The notes under the pieces are model-generated. The model ran no database searches. It was given only the letters and a program-made list of their open reading frames with translations, and was not told the DNA's origin. A program made the position numbers and the translations under genes. Shown piece after piece: positions 9,607 through 19,240 of a stretch of 21,949 nucleotides of DNA. Numbering within the stretch: position 1 is the first letter of the stretch; every line of letters begins with the position of its first letter. Source of the DNA: Octopus sinensis. Taxonomy: Eukaryota. The DNA lies in contig NW_021823635.1 of NCBI RefSeq assembly GCF_006345805.1, positions 1 to 21,949 on the forward strand, in the 5' to 3' direction.

Positions 9607-10007
9607 TGTGCTTGAGACGACCTGTTGAATCGGGTGAAATTGTAGTCATGGCAGGTGTCGCCTGACTGGCTCCCTGTGCTGGTGAAGCATAAGAAGTAAC
9701 AATGTGAATGTGGTCGATGCCAGTGCCCCATGGCTGGCTCCTGTGCTGGTGGCATGTAAAAAGCACCATCCGAATGTGGTCAATGTCAGTGCCCCCTAAC
9801 TGGCTCCCATGTCGGTGGCACGTAAAGTAAAAAGCACCCACTATACTCTTGAAGTGGTTGGTGTTAGGAAGGGCATCCAGCTGTAGAAACCTTGCTGGAC
9901 CGGATTGGAGCCTGGTGCAGCCTTCTGGCTTGCCAATCCTCAGTCAAACCGTCCAACTCATGCCAGCTTGGAAAACGGACATTAAACGATGATGTAATGA
10001 TGATGAT
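9607..10007 (+). mobile_element. Family R copy with about 3 VNTR units
   Basis: Repeated ctggctcc…gctggtggcatgtaaaaagcacc units, then the terminal block and (GAT)n. Confidence 0.85.
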
Positions 10008-10051
10008 ATGTGTGTGTGAGTATGGGTGTAGATATGGTGTAGGTTAAGCAT

Positions 10052-10153
10052 GTTTCCATCTTCAAAATCTGCTCACAAGGCTTTGGTTGGCTTCAGGTTG
10101 GGACTGAACTCAAAACACTGTGGTTGGAAAGCAAACTTCTTAACCACACAACC
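10052..10153 (-). mobile_element. SINE family A head fragment with an internal deletion
   Basis: ctcacaaggctttggttgg…gggactgaactc…cttcttaaccacaca. Confidence 0.65.
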
Positions 10154-10196
10154 ACTAGATTTCCATACGGAAAGAAACAAGCAAGCAAGCTGAATA

Positions 10197-10412
10197 CAAA
10201 AGCTTCTTTCTCATGAAACTAAAGTTGACCTCTGATATTTTGGAGACAAGGTTTAGTAGAACTGGTGTATATTTGTGAAGGTTGGAGGCTTGGAGAATTT
10301 TTCTAGGTATTAATATTCAAATTGAGAATGTATGTAGAAATATAAATATTAATAGCATGTGGAATAGAAACTGTTGATATTTATGACAGTTGACTACGAA
10401 TATATAAAAAAA
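10197..10412 (+). repeat. Unclassified ~215-bp sequence, copy 2
   Basis: Direct repeat of 8073-8290. Confidence 0.9.
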
Positions 10413-10432
10413 TAGTTGTAATAATCTGTGTG

Positions 10433-10469
<37 letters not shown>

Positions 10470-10531
10470 ATATAGATATATATATATTGTATGTGTTTTT
10501 AAATATGTATATGTGTATATATATATATATA

Positions 10532-10668
10532 TGGCGTTAGGAAGGGCATCCAGCTGTAGAAACATTGCCAAATTAGACTGGAGCCTGGTGCAGCCTCTGG
10601 CTTCCCAGAACCCGGTCGAACCGTCCAACCATGCTAGCATGGAGAACGGACGTTAAACGACGATGATG
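10532..10668 (+). mobile_element. 5'-truncated family R terminal block
   Basis: ggcgttaggaagggcatccagctgtagaaac…ccatgctagcatgg…gacgatgatg. Confidence 0.85.
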
Positions 10669-10720
10669 TGTGTGTGTATATATATATATGTTTATTTTGT
10701 ATGCATTTTATGTATGTATA

Positions 10721-10757
<37 letters not shown>

Positions 10758-10826
10758 CAAATATGCATAACGTAAATATTGATTCGTTGTGTCAAGTGAA
10801 TCTCTTTCAATTTATGTAGAAACCAA

Positions 10827-11404
10827 GGCAGCAGAAATGTTAACTTGCCCGGCAAAATGCTTAGCGGTATTTCGTCTGTCTTTACATTCTGAGTTCAAAT
10901 TCCACTGAGGTCGACTTTACCTTTCATCCTTTCGGGGTCAATCAATAAAGTCTCTCTCTAACCGCTCAGTCGAAGTCGACTCTCGGTCATTCGTTGGATC
11001 AGTGTCCTCCAGTCACTTCTATCCTGGGCCGCTTCTTTAAGACTGGCTATGTCCATTCCGGTATCACTCTAGATGGTGTCAAGCCAGCGGGTTCTTGGTC
11101 GACCTCTTCCTCTCTTGCCACTGACCATTCCGAGCATGATGTCCTTCACCAGGAATTTTCTCCGCATAATATGACTGAAATATGCCAATGTATGCTTGGT
11201 GATCTTAGCTTCTAGTGACATTTTTGGCCTTATCTGCTTAAGAACTTCTCCATTGGTTAGCCTCGCTGTCCATGGAATCCGTAAAAGTCTTCTCCAACAC
11301 CAAAGCTCGAATGCATTAATTCTCTTCTGGTCAGCTTTCTTTAGTCCCGGTCTCGCATACCAGTTGCAAAAATTTTGGGCCTTTATGCCTAGACTAGAAA
11401 AGAA
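10827..11404 (+). mobile_element. SINE family B (pieces 10827-10951 and 11359-11404) inserted in the mariner and split by an RTE fragment
   Basis: The halves …aataaagt and accagttgc… reconstitute aataaagtaccagtt, which is intact at about 14566-14580. Degenerate TSD tttatgtagaaaccaa (10811-10826) / tttacatagaaccaa (11405-11419). Confidence 0.8.
10952..11358 (-). mobile_element. RTE/BovB-clade LINE 3' fragment (ORF C-terminus)
   Basis: LKKADQKRINAFELWCWRRLLRIPWTAR…GKRGRGRPRTRWLD is the typical RTE/BovB C-terminus. The frame continues past one TAG (11069) to a stop at 10958-10960; the 3' end gagtcgacttcgactgagcgg resembles BovB ends. Confidence 0.92.
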
Positions 11405-11744
11405 TTTACATAGAACCAAAATATCAAGCTTCTTCACGATTCCAAGAAGTTTTAAGTGATTTTCAATTGTTGTGTGTGATATATTTGTCCTCTCTGCAAT
11501 CTCTCGCACAGTTATATGACCATCATATTTAATTATGGCTTTGATTCAGTCATCAACATCAGTAGGTTGACCAGAATGTTGGTCATCTTTGAGTGAAGAA
11601 ATCTCTAGAAGGGAATTTTTAAAACCGTTTCTGACACGTGCGTTCTGTTAAGCAATCAACACCATGAACTCTACACATCTTTGTATATAACTGATATATA
11701 CGTATATGTATATATAACCAATATATATATATATTATATGTGAA

Positions 11745-12082
11745 GGCGCGTGGCTCAGTGGTTAGAGCATCGAGCTTACGATCGTGAGGTTGTGAGCTCG
11801 AATCCCGGACCGGGCTGTGTGTTGTGTTCTTGAGCAAGACGCTTTATTTCATGTTGCTCCAGTTCACTCAGCTGTAGAAATGAGTTGCGACGTCACAGGT
11901 GCCAAGCTGTATTGGCCCTTCCCTTGCCTTTCCCTTGGATAACACTAGTGACGTGGAGAGGGGAGGCCGGTATGCATGGGCAACTGCTGGTCTTCCATAA
12001 AAAACAACCTTGCCCAGACTTGTGCCTCAGAGGGTAACTCTCTAGGTGCAAGCCCATGGTCAGTGTCTGACCAAAGGGGGTC
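11745..12082 (+). mobile_element. SINE family C, full length
   Basis: tRNA-like head ggcgcgtggctcagtggttagagc…gctcgaatccc with A and B boxes, then gtgttcttgagcaagac. Confidence 0.9.
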
Positions 12083-12171
12083 ACACATATATATTATATA
12101 TTACGAAATTCGGTCTAATATTATTATACTGAATTTTACCTGTAAGGTTGGAATAATAATTTATTCTCTAA

Positions 12172-12202
<31 letters not shown>

Positions 12203-12205
<3 letters not shown>

Positions 12206-12690
12206 TAGTTTTATTTTTATAGTGTGCTTTCACTTCACTACCGAGCGCAGCTCTGTGTGCCTTGGGTATGTGCTGTGATTTGTTGTGATGCTCTGATGGT
12301 TATTGTATGGAAAGTGTTCTGCGTAGGATGTGTGCAGTGCCTAGTAGTGCAATTTTCTGTATGTTATATGTGTTTGTAAGTCCTGGTGTTTTTGTTATGT
12401 ATTTGTCTGAATATTTTTAATCATGCCTAATGCACCTACTATTGATAGGAATTGTTTCTGTTTTCAGATTCCACTTCTAGTTATCTCTTTTCCAGGTCTT
12501 TGTATTTTGAGAGTTTCTCCATTTCTTTTAGAGACACGTGTCATCTGCCGGTATTGATACATCAATTAGAAAGCATTTTTTCTTCAATGATCTCTGACAA
12601 CTATATCTGGTCGGTTGGCCTTAATTTCTCTATCTGTGTGTATCGGCATATCCCAGAGTATGGTTGCTTTCTGTTTCTCGTTTTTTTTTC
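12203..12690 (-). mobile_element. R4/Dong-clade non-LTR retrotransposon 3' fragment, subfamily 1 (restriction-like endonuclease domain, degenerate)
   Basis: Minus strand gives ATILWDMPIHTDREIKANRPDIVV…CFLIDVSIPADD…VGALGMIK…IQKIALLGTAHILRRTLSIQ* (stop 12300-12302); (TAA)n on both sides. Confidence 0.88.
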
Positions 12691-12712
12691 TTCTTTATTA
12701 TTATTATTATTG

Positions 12713-13260
12713 AGTGAGAGAGCAGTTCATGCCATCAAGTGACACTGGGGTAAAAATACGAAGCCCAATATACCATCATGACTACCCGTCTGATAAAGGT
12801 ACACCAGGCACATGCATCACAACCATATGTGCGCGACATGGTGATCTCATATCAAGATAAACAGCACATGACCTTGCAGGTGGGGCCCAGTTAGAATTTT
12901 CTTCAGGTTGAGTAGCCCATCCCGCTCAAACGGTCCCTGAATAAGGGTTGTTTAAGGATGTTTGAAAAGAACCACCCATGTTTCCAGAGGTGAACTATTC
13001 AAACCCCAAAGAATCCCTCTCAACACATGGCTATGATGGCCCCCACTACTTCTGCTCGTGATCAGAGATGCACATATCGTCAGCCACTAAGGGACATGCT
13101 CAACTGGAAGGTCAAACCAACTGACAAGCAAATCTGTGGTATTGAGCAGAATATTGCTGTAGCCCATCTTTATACCAAGACACAACATGTACATGATAAC
13201 ACTTCCAATTCAGTTAAGATCAGAAGCCATGAGAGCCACTGCCTGGTACTGCATCAGGCA
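12713..13260 (-). mobile_element. Non-coding ~550-bp element bounded by (TAA)n, probably non-autonomous
   Basis: GC-richer block with sharp (TTA)n boundaries at 12695-12712 and 13261-13295; no recognisable ORF. Strand inferred from recalled octopus repeats ending ctctcactc(aat)n. Confidence 0.55.
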
Positions 13261-13295
13261 TTATTATTATTATTATTATTTTATTATTATTATTA

Positions 13296-13879
13296 TATGT
13301 GTGACTTTTGCTTTATATTTGTATAAGTTGGCTCCAAGTCTCACCCAGAGACCTCAAGAGACAACAGGTTGGAAGTTCACGTTGTTGTTATGCCTAGTGT
13401 GCCATATATTTGTTGTTTTTTGTTTTTGTACTAGTGGATGTCTATAAAAAAGAAAACCTTGGAGATTACATGGAAAGTATTTTGCATAGGATATGAGCAG
13501 TTCCATGAGCACTATCTTTTGAATTTCTGCCTTGTTTTGGGTTCCGGTACTGAGTTAGGTAGCATCAATCAGCCCCTTTTCCTATCATTCCCAGGGCACC
13601 TATGACTACAGGTATTGTTTTAGTCTTCAGGTTCCACATTTTTGCTGATTTCTATTTCAAGATCTTTATATTTGCTCAGTTTTTGGTAGGTCTTGACAGA
13701 TATGTTTATATCGATTGGGACAGTCATATCAATAAGAGGCATGTTCTTTGTTTGAAGTCTTTCAATATGATGTCTGGCCTATTTGCATCTATCTTTCTGT
13801 CAGTTTGAATGGGGAAGTTCCATACGAGTGAGATGTGGTGTCAGTTTGAATGGGGAAGTTCCAGAGGAGTGAGATGTGG
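13296..13879 (-). mobile_element. R4/Dong-clade 3' fragment, subfamily 2 (restriction-like endonuclease domain, degenerate)
   Basis: Minus strand gives HISLLWNFPIQTDRKIDANRPDIILKDFKQRTCLLIDMTVPID…KYKDLEIEISKMWNLKTKTIPVVIGALGM…EIQKIVLM(G)TAHILCKILSM* (stop 13466-13468); (TAA)n on both sides. Confidence 0.9.
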
Positions 13880-13888
13880 TTATTATTA

Positions 13889-13937
<49 letters not shown>
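13880..13937. repeat. (TTA)n microsatellite
   Basis: Directly visible; similar tracts at 12173-12202, 12695-12712 and 13261-13295. Confidence 0.95.
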
Positions 13938-13940
<3 letters not shown>

Positions 13941-14127
13941 CACACTCCGCCACACAAACACTATCACACAAAAATAATCACATCTCAACAGTACGTATTC
14001 ACAATGTTTATATCTATTGCAATCAATTTGATTTATTGTAAATAGACTCTATAACGATGAGGTTAATATATAGATTTAAATATTATAAATATACCCTGTG
14101 TAGATAAGGTCGATAGAGTATGTGTAT

Positions 14128-14226
14128 TGCTTCTAATTTAGGCACAAGGCCAATGATTTTGAGCGGAGGGGTAGCAGTTGATATCATCAATCACAGTAGT
14201 AAACAGGTACATGATATTTTATCAAT
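14128..14226 (-). mobile_element. Degenerate SINE B 3' fragment
   Basis: Reverse complement resembles …cccctcc…aaaat..ggccttgtgcctaaattagaa. Confidence 0.55.
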
Positions 14227-14232
14227 TGCTAA

Positions 14233-14665
14233 GGCAGCGAGCTGGCAGAATCATTAGGTGGCAAGCTGGCAGAAATGTTAGCACGCCAGGTGAAATGCCT
14301 AGCGGTATTTTGTCTGCCATTACATTCTGAGTTCAAATTCCGCTGAGGTCGACTTTGCCTTTCATCCTTTCGGGGTCGATAAATTAAAGTACCGGTTACA
14401 CACTGGGGTTGATGTAATCGACTTAATCCCTTTGTCTGTCCTTGTTTGTCCCCTCTATGTTTAGCCCCTTGTGGGTAGTAAAGAAATAGGTATCTTGTCT
14501 GGCTTTACATTTTGAATTCAAATTCCGCCGAGATCGATTCTGCTTTCATCCTTTCGGGGTCGATAAATAAAGTACCAGTTACATATTGGGGTTGATCTAA
14601 TTGACTGCCCCCCCCCAAAAAAAAAAAAAATTTGGGGGGACTTGTGCCTAGAGTAGAAAAGAATA
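14233..14665 (+). mobile_element. SINE family B dimer with duplicated head (tail-1 unit plus tail-2 unit)
   Basis: Heads at 14233 and 14257; junction aaagaaata|ggtatct at 14488/14489; ends gccttgtgcctagagtagaaaagaata-like. Confidence 0.9.
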
Positions 14666-14685
14666 TAATAGAAGAACAGAAGAAA

Positions 14686-14768
14686 GTTGCCTAAGGTGTC
14701 ATACAGTGGGACTGAACTTGAAACCTTGTGGTTGGAAAGCAAGCTACATAACCCCACAGCTATGTCCA
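14686..14768 (-). mobile_element. SINE family A head fragment
   Basis: gcctaaggtgtcatacagtgggactgaac…ggaaagcaagct…cacagc. Confidence 0.65.
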
Positions 14769-15059
14769 TATTATGCGATATTAGCACTTAAACTAGCATG
14801 ATGATATTATATACAGTTGTTATAATTATGATAGGACATTTGCACATACGCCTTCTTGGGAGGAATATATAATTGTACAGCTGGAATTTAGGCTTAATTC
14901 TTTATTCTGTATTGTTGAAAAGTCTCAATGAGTTTTTGTTGGTAATAATGTAATTTTGTATGACTAATTTTGTGTTTGTAAACATGGCTTGGATTGAAGA
15001 GGGTAACACTGAAGGTTGCAAATAATTGCGTCATTGAAATAATAGTGAGTTAGTGTTTC

Positions 15060-15396
15060 ATTATCTGTCTGTCTGTCTGTTTGAGGTGTGTGTGTGTGTA
15101 TGTGTGTGTATGTGTATACATATATGTATATATGTATATTTACATGTGTATATATGTATATATACATGTGTATATATGTATATATGTATATATATATGTA
15201 TATATACATATATATATACATATATATATATGTACATATATGTATATATGTATTCATGTGTGTGTATATAGATGTATATATACGTAGACATATGTATATA
15301 TGTATGTATATTATGTATGTATTGTATATATATATATGTGGATATATAATATATTATATATGTGTATATATGTATATATGTACATATATGTATATA

Positions 15397-15454
<58 letters not shown>

Positions 15455-15571
15455 CATACGCACACATACTGTCTGTCTAAATGTCCATCCATCACATGCA
15501 TATTTATGTATACACGTGTAATATACATATATGTATGTGGTCATATATATATATACATATATATATATATA

Positions 15572-15607
<36 letters not shown>

Positions 15608-15925
15608 AAACATATACACACATACATATGTACATATATGTGTGTGTGTGTATGTATGTATATAGATATACATACACATATATACAAAAGTATTGCAATT
15701 TTTCTTTGCATTACCATTTGACTCAACCATATATATAACACACACACACATACACACCTCAAATATTTTGTCTTATAGCCGGTCCTACACTTTCATATAA
15801 GTGGTTTCTTGCTCTACCTAGTGAGACAGTTTATTGGAATTACAATAGATTAGTGTTGCACTGTGTGTGTATGTATGTGTGTGCGCATGCATGCATATGT
15901 GCATATGTGTGTGTGTTTATGTGTG
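15060..15925. repeat. Long compound (AT)n/(GT)n/(CA)n microsatellite field
   Basis: Directly visible, with short unique interruptions. Confidence 0.95.
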
Positions 15926-16148
15926 AACCAATATATGAATTACATACTGACCTATTGCCTATTGTTATCGACAGGGACTCATTGCCAGGTTACGGCACCA
16001 TGTTCTGTTTGCTCTAAAGATTGATTGACACCTGTTCTTTATATATACACACATATTCACACACATTCACATGCATGCATATATACATACATATATATGT
16101 GGGTGTATTTCATTTCTATATTTAGAGATTCATGTATTTTAGGGTTAA

Positions 16149-16185
<37 letters not shown>

Positions 16186-16187
<2 letters not shown>

Positions 16188-16570
16188 CATAGGAGTGGGC
16201 TGTTGGTAAGTAGCTTGCTTATGAACCACATGGTTCCGGGATCAGTCCACTGCGTGGCACTTGGGCAAGTGTCTTCTACTATAGCTCGGCCGACTAAAGC
16301 TTGTGTGTGAGTGGATTTGGTAGACAGAAACTGAAAGAAGCCCGTCGTATATATGTATGTGTGTTGTGTTTGTCCCCCCCCCCCCAACATCGCTTGACAA
16401 CCGATGCTGGTGTGTTTATGTCCCCGTAACTTAGCGGTTTGGCAAAAGAGACCGATAGAATAAGTACTAGGCTTACAAAGAATAAGTCCTGGGGTTGATT
16501 TGCTTGACTAAAGGTGGTGCTCCAGCATGGCCGCAGTCAAATGACTGAAACAAATAAAAGAGTAAAAGAG
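16186..16570 (+). mobile_element. SINE family A, near full length
   Basis: aggagtgggctgttggtaag…ggttccgggatcagtcc…gcacttgggcaagtgtcttc…ccagcatggccgcagtcaaatgactgaaacaaataaaag. Confidence 0.9.
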
Positions 16571-16662
16571 TATATATATATATATACATATATATATAAT
16601 ATATATATAAATTCATCATCTGAAAAATTCCACCTTTTGCTTTCTCTCGTTTTGCATGTATA

Positions 16663-16764
16663 CATCATCATCGTTTAATGACCAGGCAGAAACCTGTACC
16701 AGACTGTTTTGGAAGGATTTTTACAACTGGATGTCCTTCCTAACACCAACCACTCAGCAGAGTG
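16663..16764 (-). mobile_element. Degenerate family R terminal block
   Basis: (CAT)n then …caactggatgtccttcctaacaccaaccactc. Confidence 0.7.
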
Positions 16765-16780
16765 ATATATATATATTTTG

Positions 16781-16811
<31 letters not shown>

Positions 16812-16814
<3 letters not shown>

Positions 16815-17032
16815 AAATATGATTCAAAATGTGACCTTGTGTGTACTGTTGGCGATTTTTTTTCCTCTGTCTTCCTTTCTCTGGATCTTTCCTTCTCCTA
16901 TGTTTCCGACGAAGAGCTCCGCTCGAAACGTTAAACCCTTCTTCTTTCCTTCTTTCCTGAGTGTCCAATAATACTATATTTGTTCCACGTCCTCGCGTTG
17001 TTGTGTTTTTTTGTGCTTTTATGTTTGGATTA

Positions 17033-17035
<3 letters not shown>
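16812..17035 (+). mobile_element. Probable Penelope-like element terminal repeat (solo fragment)
   Basis: Pyrimidine-rich, T-rich-ended block containing a minimal hammerhead-like motif, an architecture known for Penelope-like repeats. No PLE ORF present. Confidence 0.55.
16902..16936 (+). ncRNA. Minimal type-I hammerhead ribozyme-like motif (Penelope-type), with a U4-to-C core variant
   Basis: GTTT-CCGACGA-A-GAGC-TCC-GCTC-GAAA-CG-T-T-AAAC: stem I GTTT/AAAC, stem II GAGC/GCTC, palindromic stem III ACGT, GUU triplet. Confidence 0.55.
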
Positions 17036-17065
<30 letters not shown>

Positions 17066-17068
<3 letters not shown>

Positions 17069-17434
17069 CAAAACGTCCTCCTTCCAATGGACAGTGCTGA
17101 GTTGTCAAACATTTAAACCAAATTTTCTCAAAACAACTTATCTAACCATCCCATAGGCCTCCCTTTTCAGAAATACTGATTTAACCGAAATTTGAGACAC
17201 CAGCAAAAGATGGATTTCGACTGATGTATTTGCGCATACAAATACACATTCCCACGGCTTTATCGATTGCATTCTTACCTGGAATCGATTTTTGCAATTT
17301 TTTCAAGGCTTATACATGCCCTGATACCGTCAATGTCTACACATCAAATTTGAGCGCAATCGGATGGAGGATGTCCGAGATTCCAGAAGACACACACACA
17401 CACACACAGACAGAATGGATTTTATATAATAGAT
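17066..17434 (+). mobile_element. Possible non-autonomous Helitron-like (Lep1/HINE-style) element
   Basis: The 3' pattern caaatttgagcgcaatcgg…(ca)n gacaga…tttatataatagat resembles recalled Lep1/HINE-type ends. The left boundary is uncertain. Confidence 0.4.
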
Positions 17435-17440
17435 ATATAA

Positions 17441-17648
17441 AGATGGCGAGCTGGCAGAAATGTTAGCATGCAGGGTGAAATGCTTAGCGGTATTTCGTCT
17501 GTCTTCGTGTTCTGAGTTCAAATTTCACCAAGGTCGACTTTGCCTTTCATCCTTTTGGGGTCAATAAATTAAGTACCAGTTGCACACTGGTTCAATCTAA
17601 TCCACTGCCTTCCCCCTTCACCAAAAATTTTGGGCCTTGTGTGGCAGA
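17441..17648 (+). mobile_element. SINE family B monomer (tail 2)
   Basis: ggcgagctggcagaaatgttagc head, core, then aaaattttgggccttgtg. Confidence 0.88.
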
Positions 17649-17729
17649 GTGAATTGCATCAGTGTTGTTTTTCTCGCTGATGGTGCCCAGCTGACCCTAC
17701 TATACTGTGTAGTGACAAAATCAAAAACA

Positions 17730-17909
17730 AACAATGCACGGTGTGTGTGTGTATGTATGTGTGTGTGTATATGTGTGTGTGTGTATATGTGTGTATGTGT
17801 GTGTGTGTGTGTGCAAGTGAAAGTTGATACTCTCACTATATTAGTGAGAGTGCAGCTTTATCAAATCTATTACATCTACACACACATACACCACTGTGTA
17901 TATATACAT

Positions 17910-17942
<33 letters not shown>

Positions 17943-18200
17943 CACACAATATATATATATATACATGTATGTGTATTATATATATATATATATATATAGA
18001 TATATATATATACATGTATGGGTATTATATATATATATATAATATATATATATATAATATATATATATATATATACACACAATATATATGATATACATGT
18101 ATGTGTTTATATATTATATATATATATATATATATACATACACCACTCTGTGTGTGTGTGTGTGCGTGCATGTGTGCATGCACGTGTGTGTGTGTTTGTG
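17730..18200. repeat. (GT)n/(AT)n microsatellite field
   Basis: Directly visible. Confidence 0.9.
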
Positions 18201-18254
18201 CGTTTGTGTTTGTATATAACTATGAAAGCATTGCATTATCAAGTTGACCACATT

Positions 18255-18378
18255 ACACAACACCACCAACACCATCACCACCAAAATCATCAACATCTCT
18301 ACCATCACCACCACTATCACCACCAACACCACCACCACCACCACACTTCACCACCACCACCTTCACCACCACCACCAC
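18255..18378. repeat. (CAC)n-rich trinucleotide repeat
   Basis: Directly visible. Confidence 0.9.
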
Positions 18379-18619
18379 GAAGTGAAACTCATTGAACCTT
18401 TGATAACAAGAATGTATCTTTTTTTCATGAAGAGCTCTGTTCTCTATTTCTCATAACATCTGATATGAGTCATGTGATGCGCTGACCTCTGCAGAGGTCA
18501 TTTCCCTAAATTTATGGTTCTTATAGACTGAGGTGTTTGATGTTGCTCTCACTGACATCTTTGTTTATCACAATTGTACTCGCCACCCTCTCCACCCTCT
18601 CCACCACCTTCACTTAGCA

Positions 18620-19240
18620 TGTATGTATGTGTATGAGTGAAGAGTGTATATATGTGTGTATGTATGTGTGTGTGTATACTCAGACATATGCATGTATTTA
18701 TTTAATATGTACATCTATATAAATACATATACATAATATATCTATCTATCTATCTATCTATTATATTACATATATAAATATATATGCAGATATATATATA
18801 TATATATTATATATATATACATGTGTATATGTGTATATATATTATATATATATATATATAAGGTATATAATATATATATATATACATACATACATGCATA
18901 TATATATATACATACATGTATATTATTATATATACATGTATTATATATATGTATATACACACATATATACATGTATATATGCATGTATTATATACAACAA
19001 CATGCTATATATGTAATGATATATAAAATATATATATAATATATAATATGTATATTATATACATATGTATTTAGATGCATACATATATGTATATACACAT
19101 GTATACATTTATATATGCATGTATATATATACACACATGCATGTATATATGTATACACAATATATGAGTATGTGTGTGTGTGTATATATATATATATGTT
19201 TATATTTGTGAACCTGTATGATGTGTGTATATACAAATAC
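18620..19240. repeat. (AT)n-rich microsatellite field
   Basis: Directly visible. Confidence 0.95.

Larger units (their letters stand above)
10757..11690 (-). mobile_element. Mariner (Tc1/mariner) transposase pseudogene fragment covering the HTH region and WVPHEL motif, split by a SINE B
   Basis: 11405-11690 translates, with frameshifts, to ERTCQKRF…SLKDDQHSGQPTDVDD…TVREIAERTNISHTTIENHLKLLGIVKKLDI. 10757-10826 gives the degenerate continuation, resembling WVPHELKEIHLTQRINI. Confidence 0.85.

Noticed and set aside
11745-11815. tRNA gene-like sequence (also at 5141, 16191, 19495 and the family B heads)
   Set aside because: A and B boxes are present but there is no closing acceptor stem, and each continues into a SINE body.
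12860-13260. HDV-like ribozyme or U2-like sequence in the TAA-flanked non-coding element
   Set aside because: Manual folding gave no valid nested double pseudoknot, and the U2 similarity is only a few nucleotides.
14964-15762. Cluster of Y/I/C/V/M/H/T-rich ORFs (similar ones at 5403-5789, 7523-8075, 18766-19492)
   Set aside because: Dinucleotide microsatellite artefacts.
18018-18395. His/Thr-rich ORFs
   Set aside because: They are (AT)n, (GT)n and (CAC)n translations with no splice or homology support.
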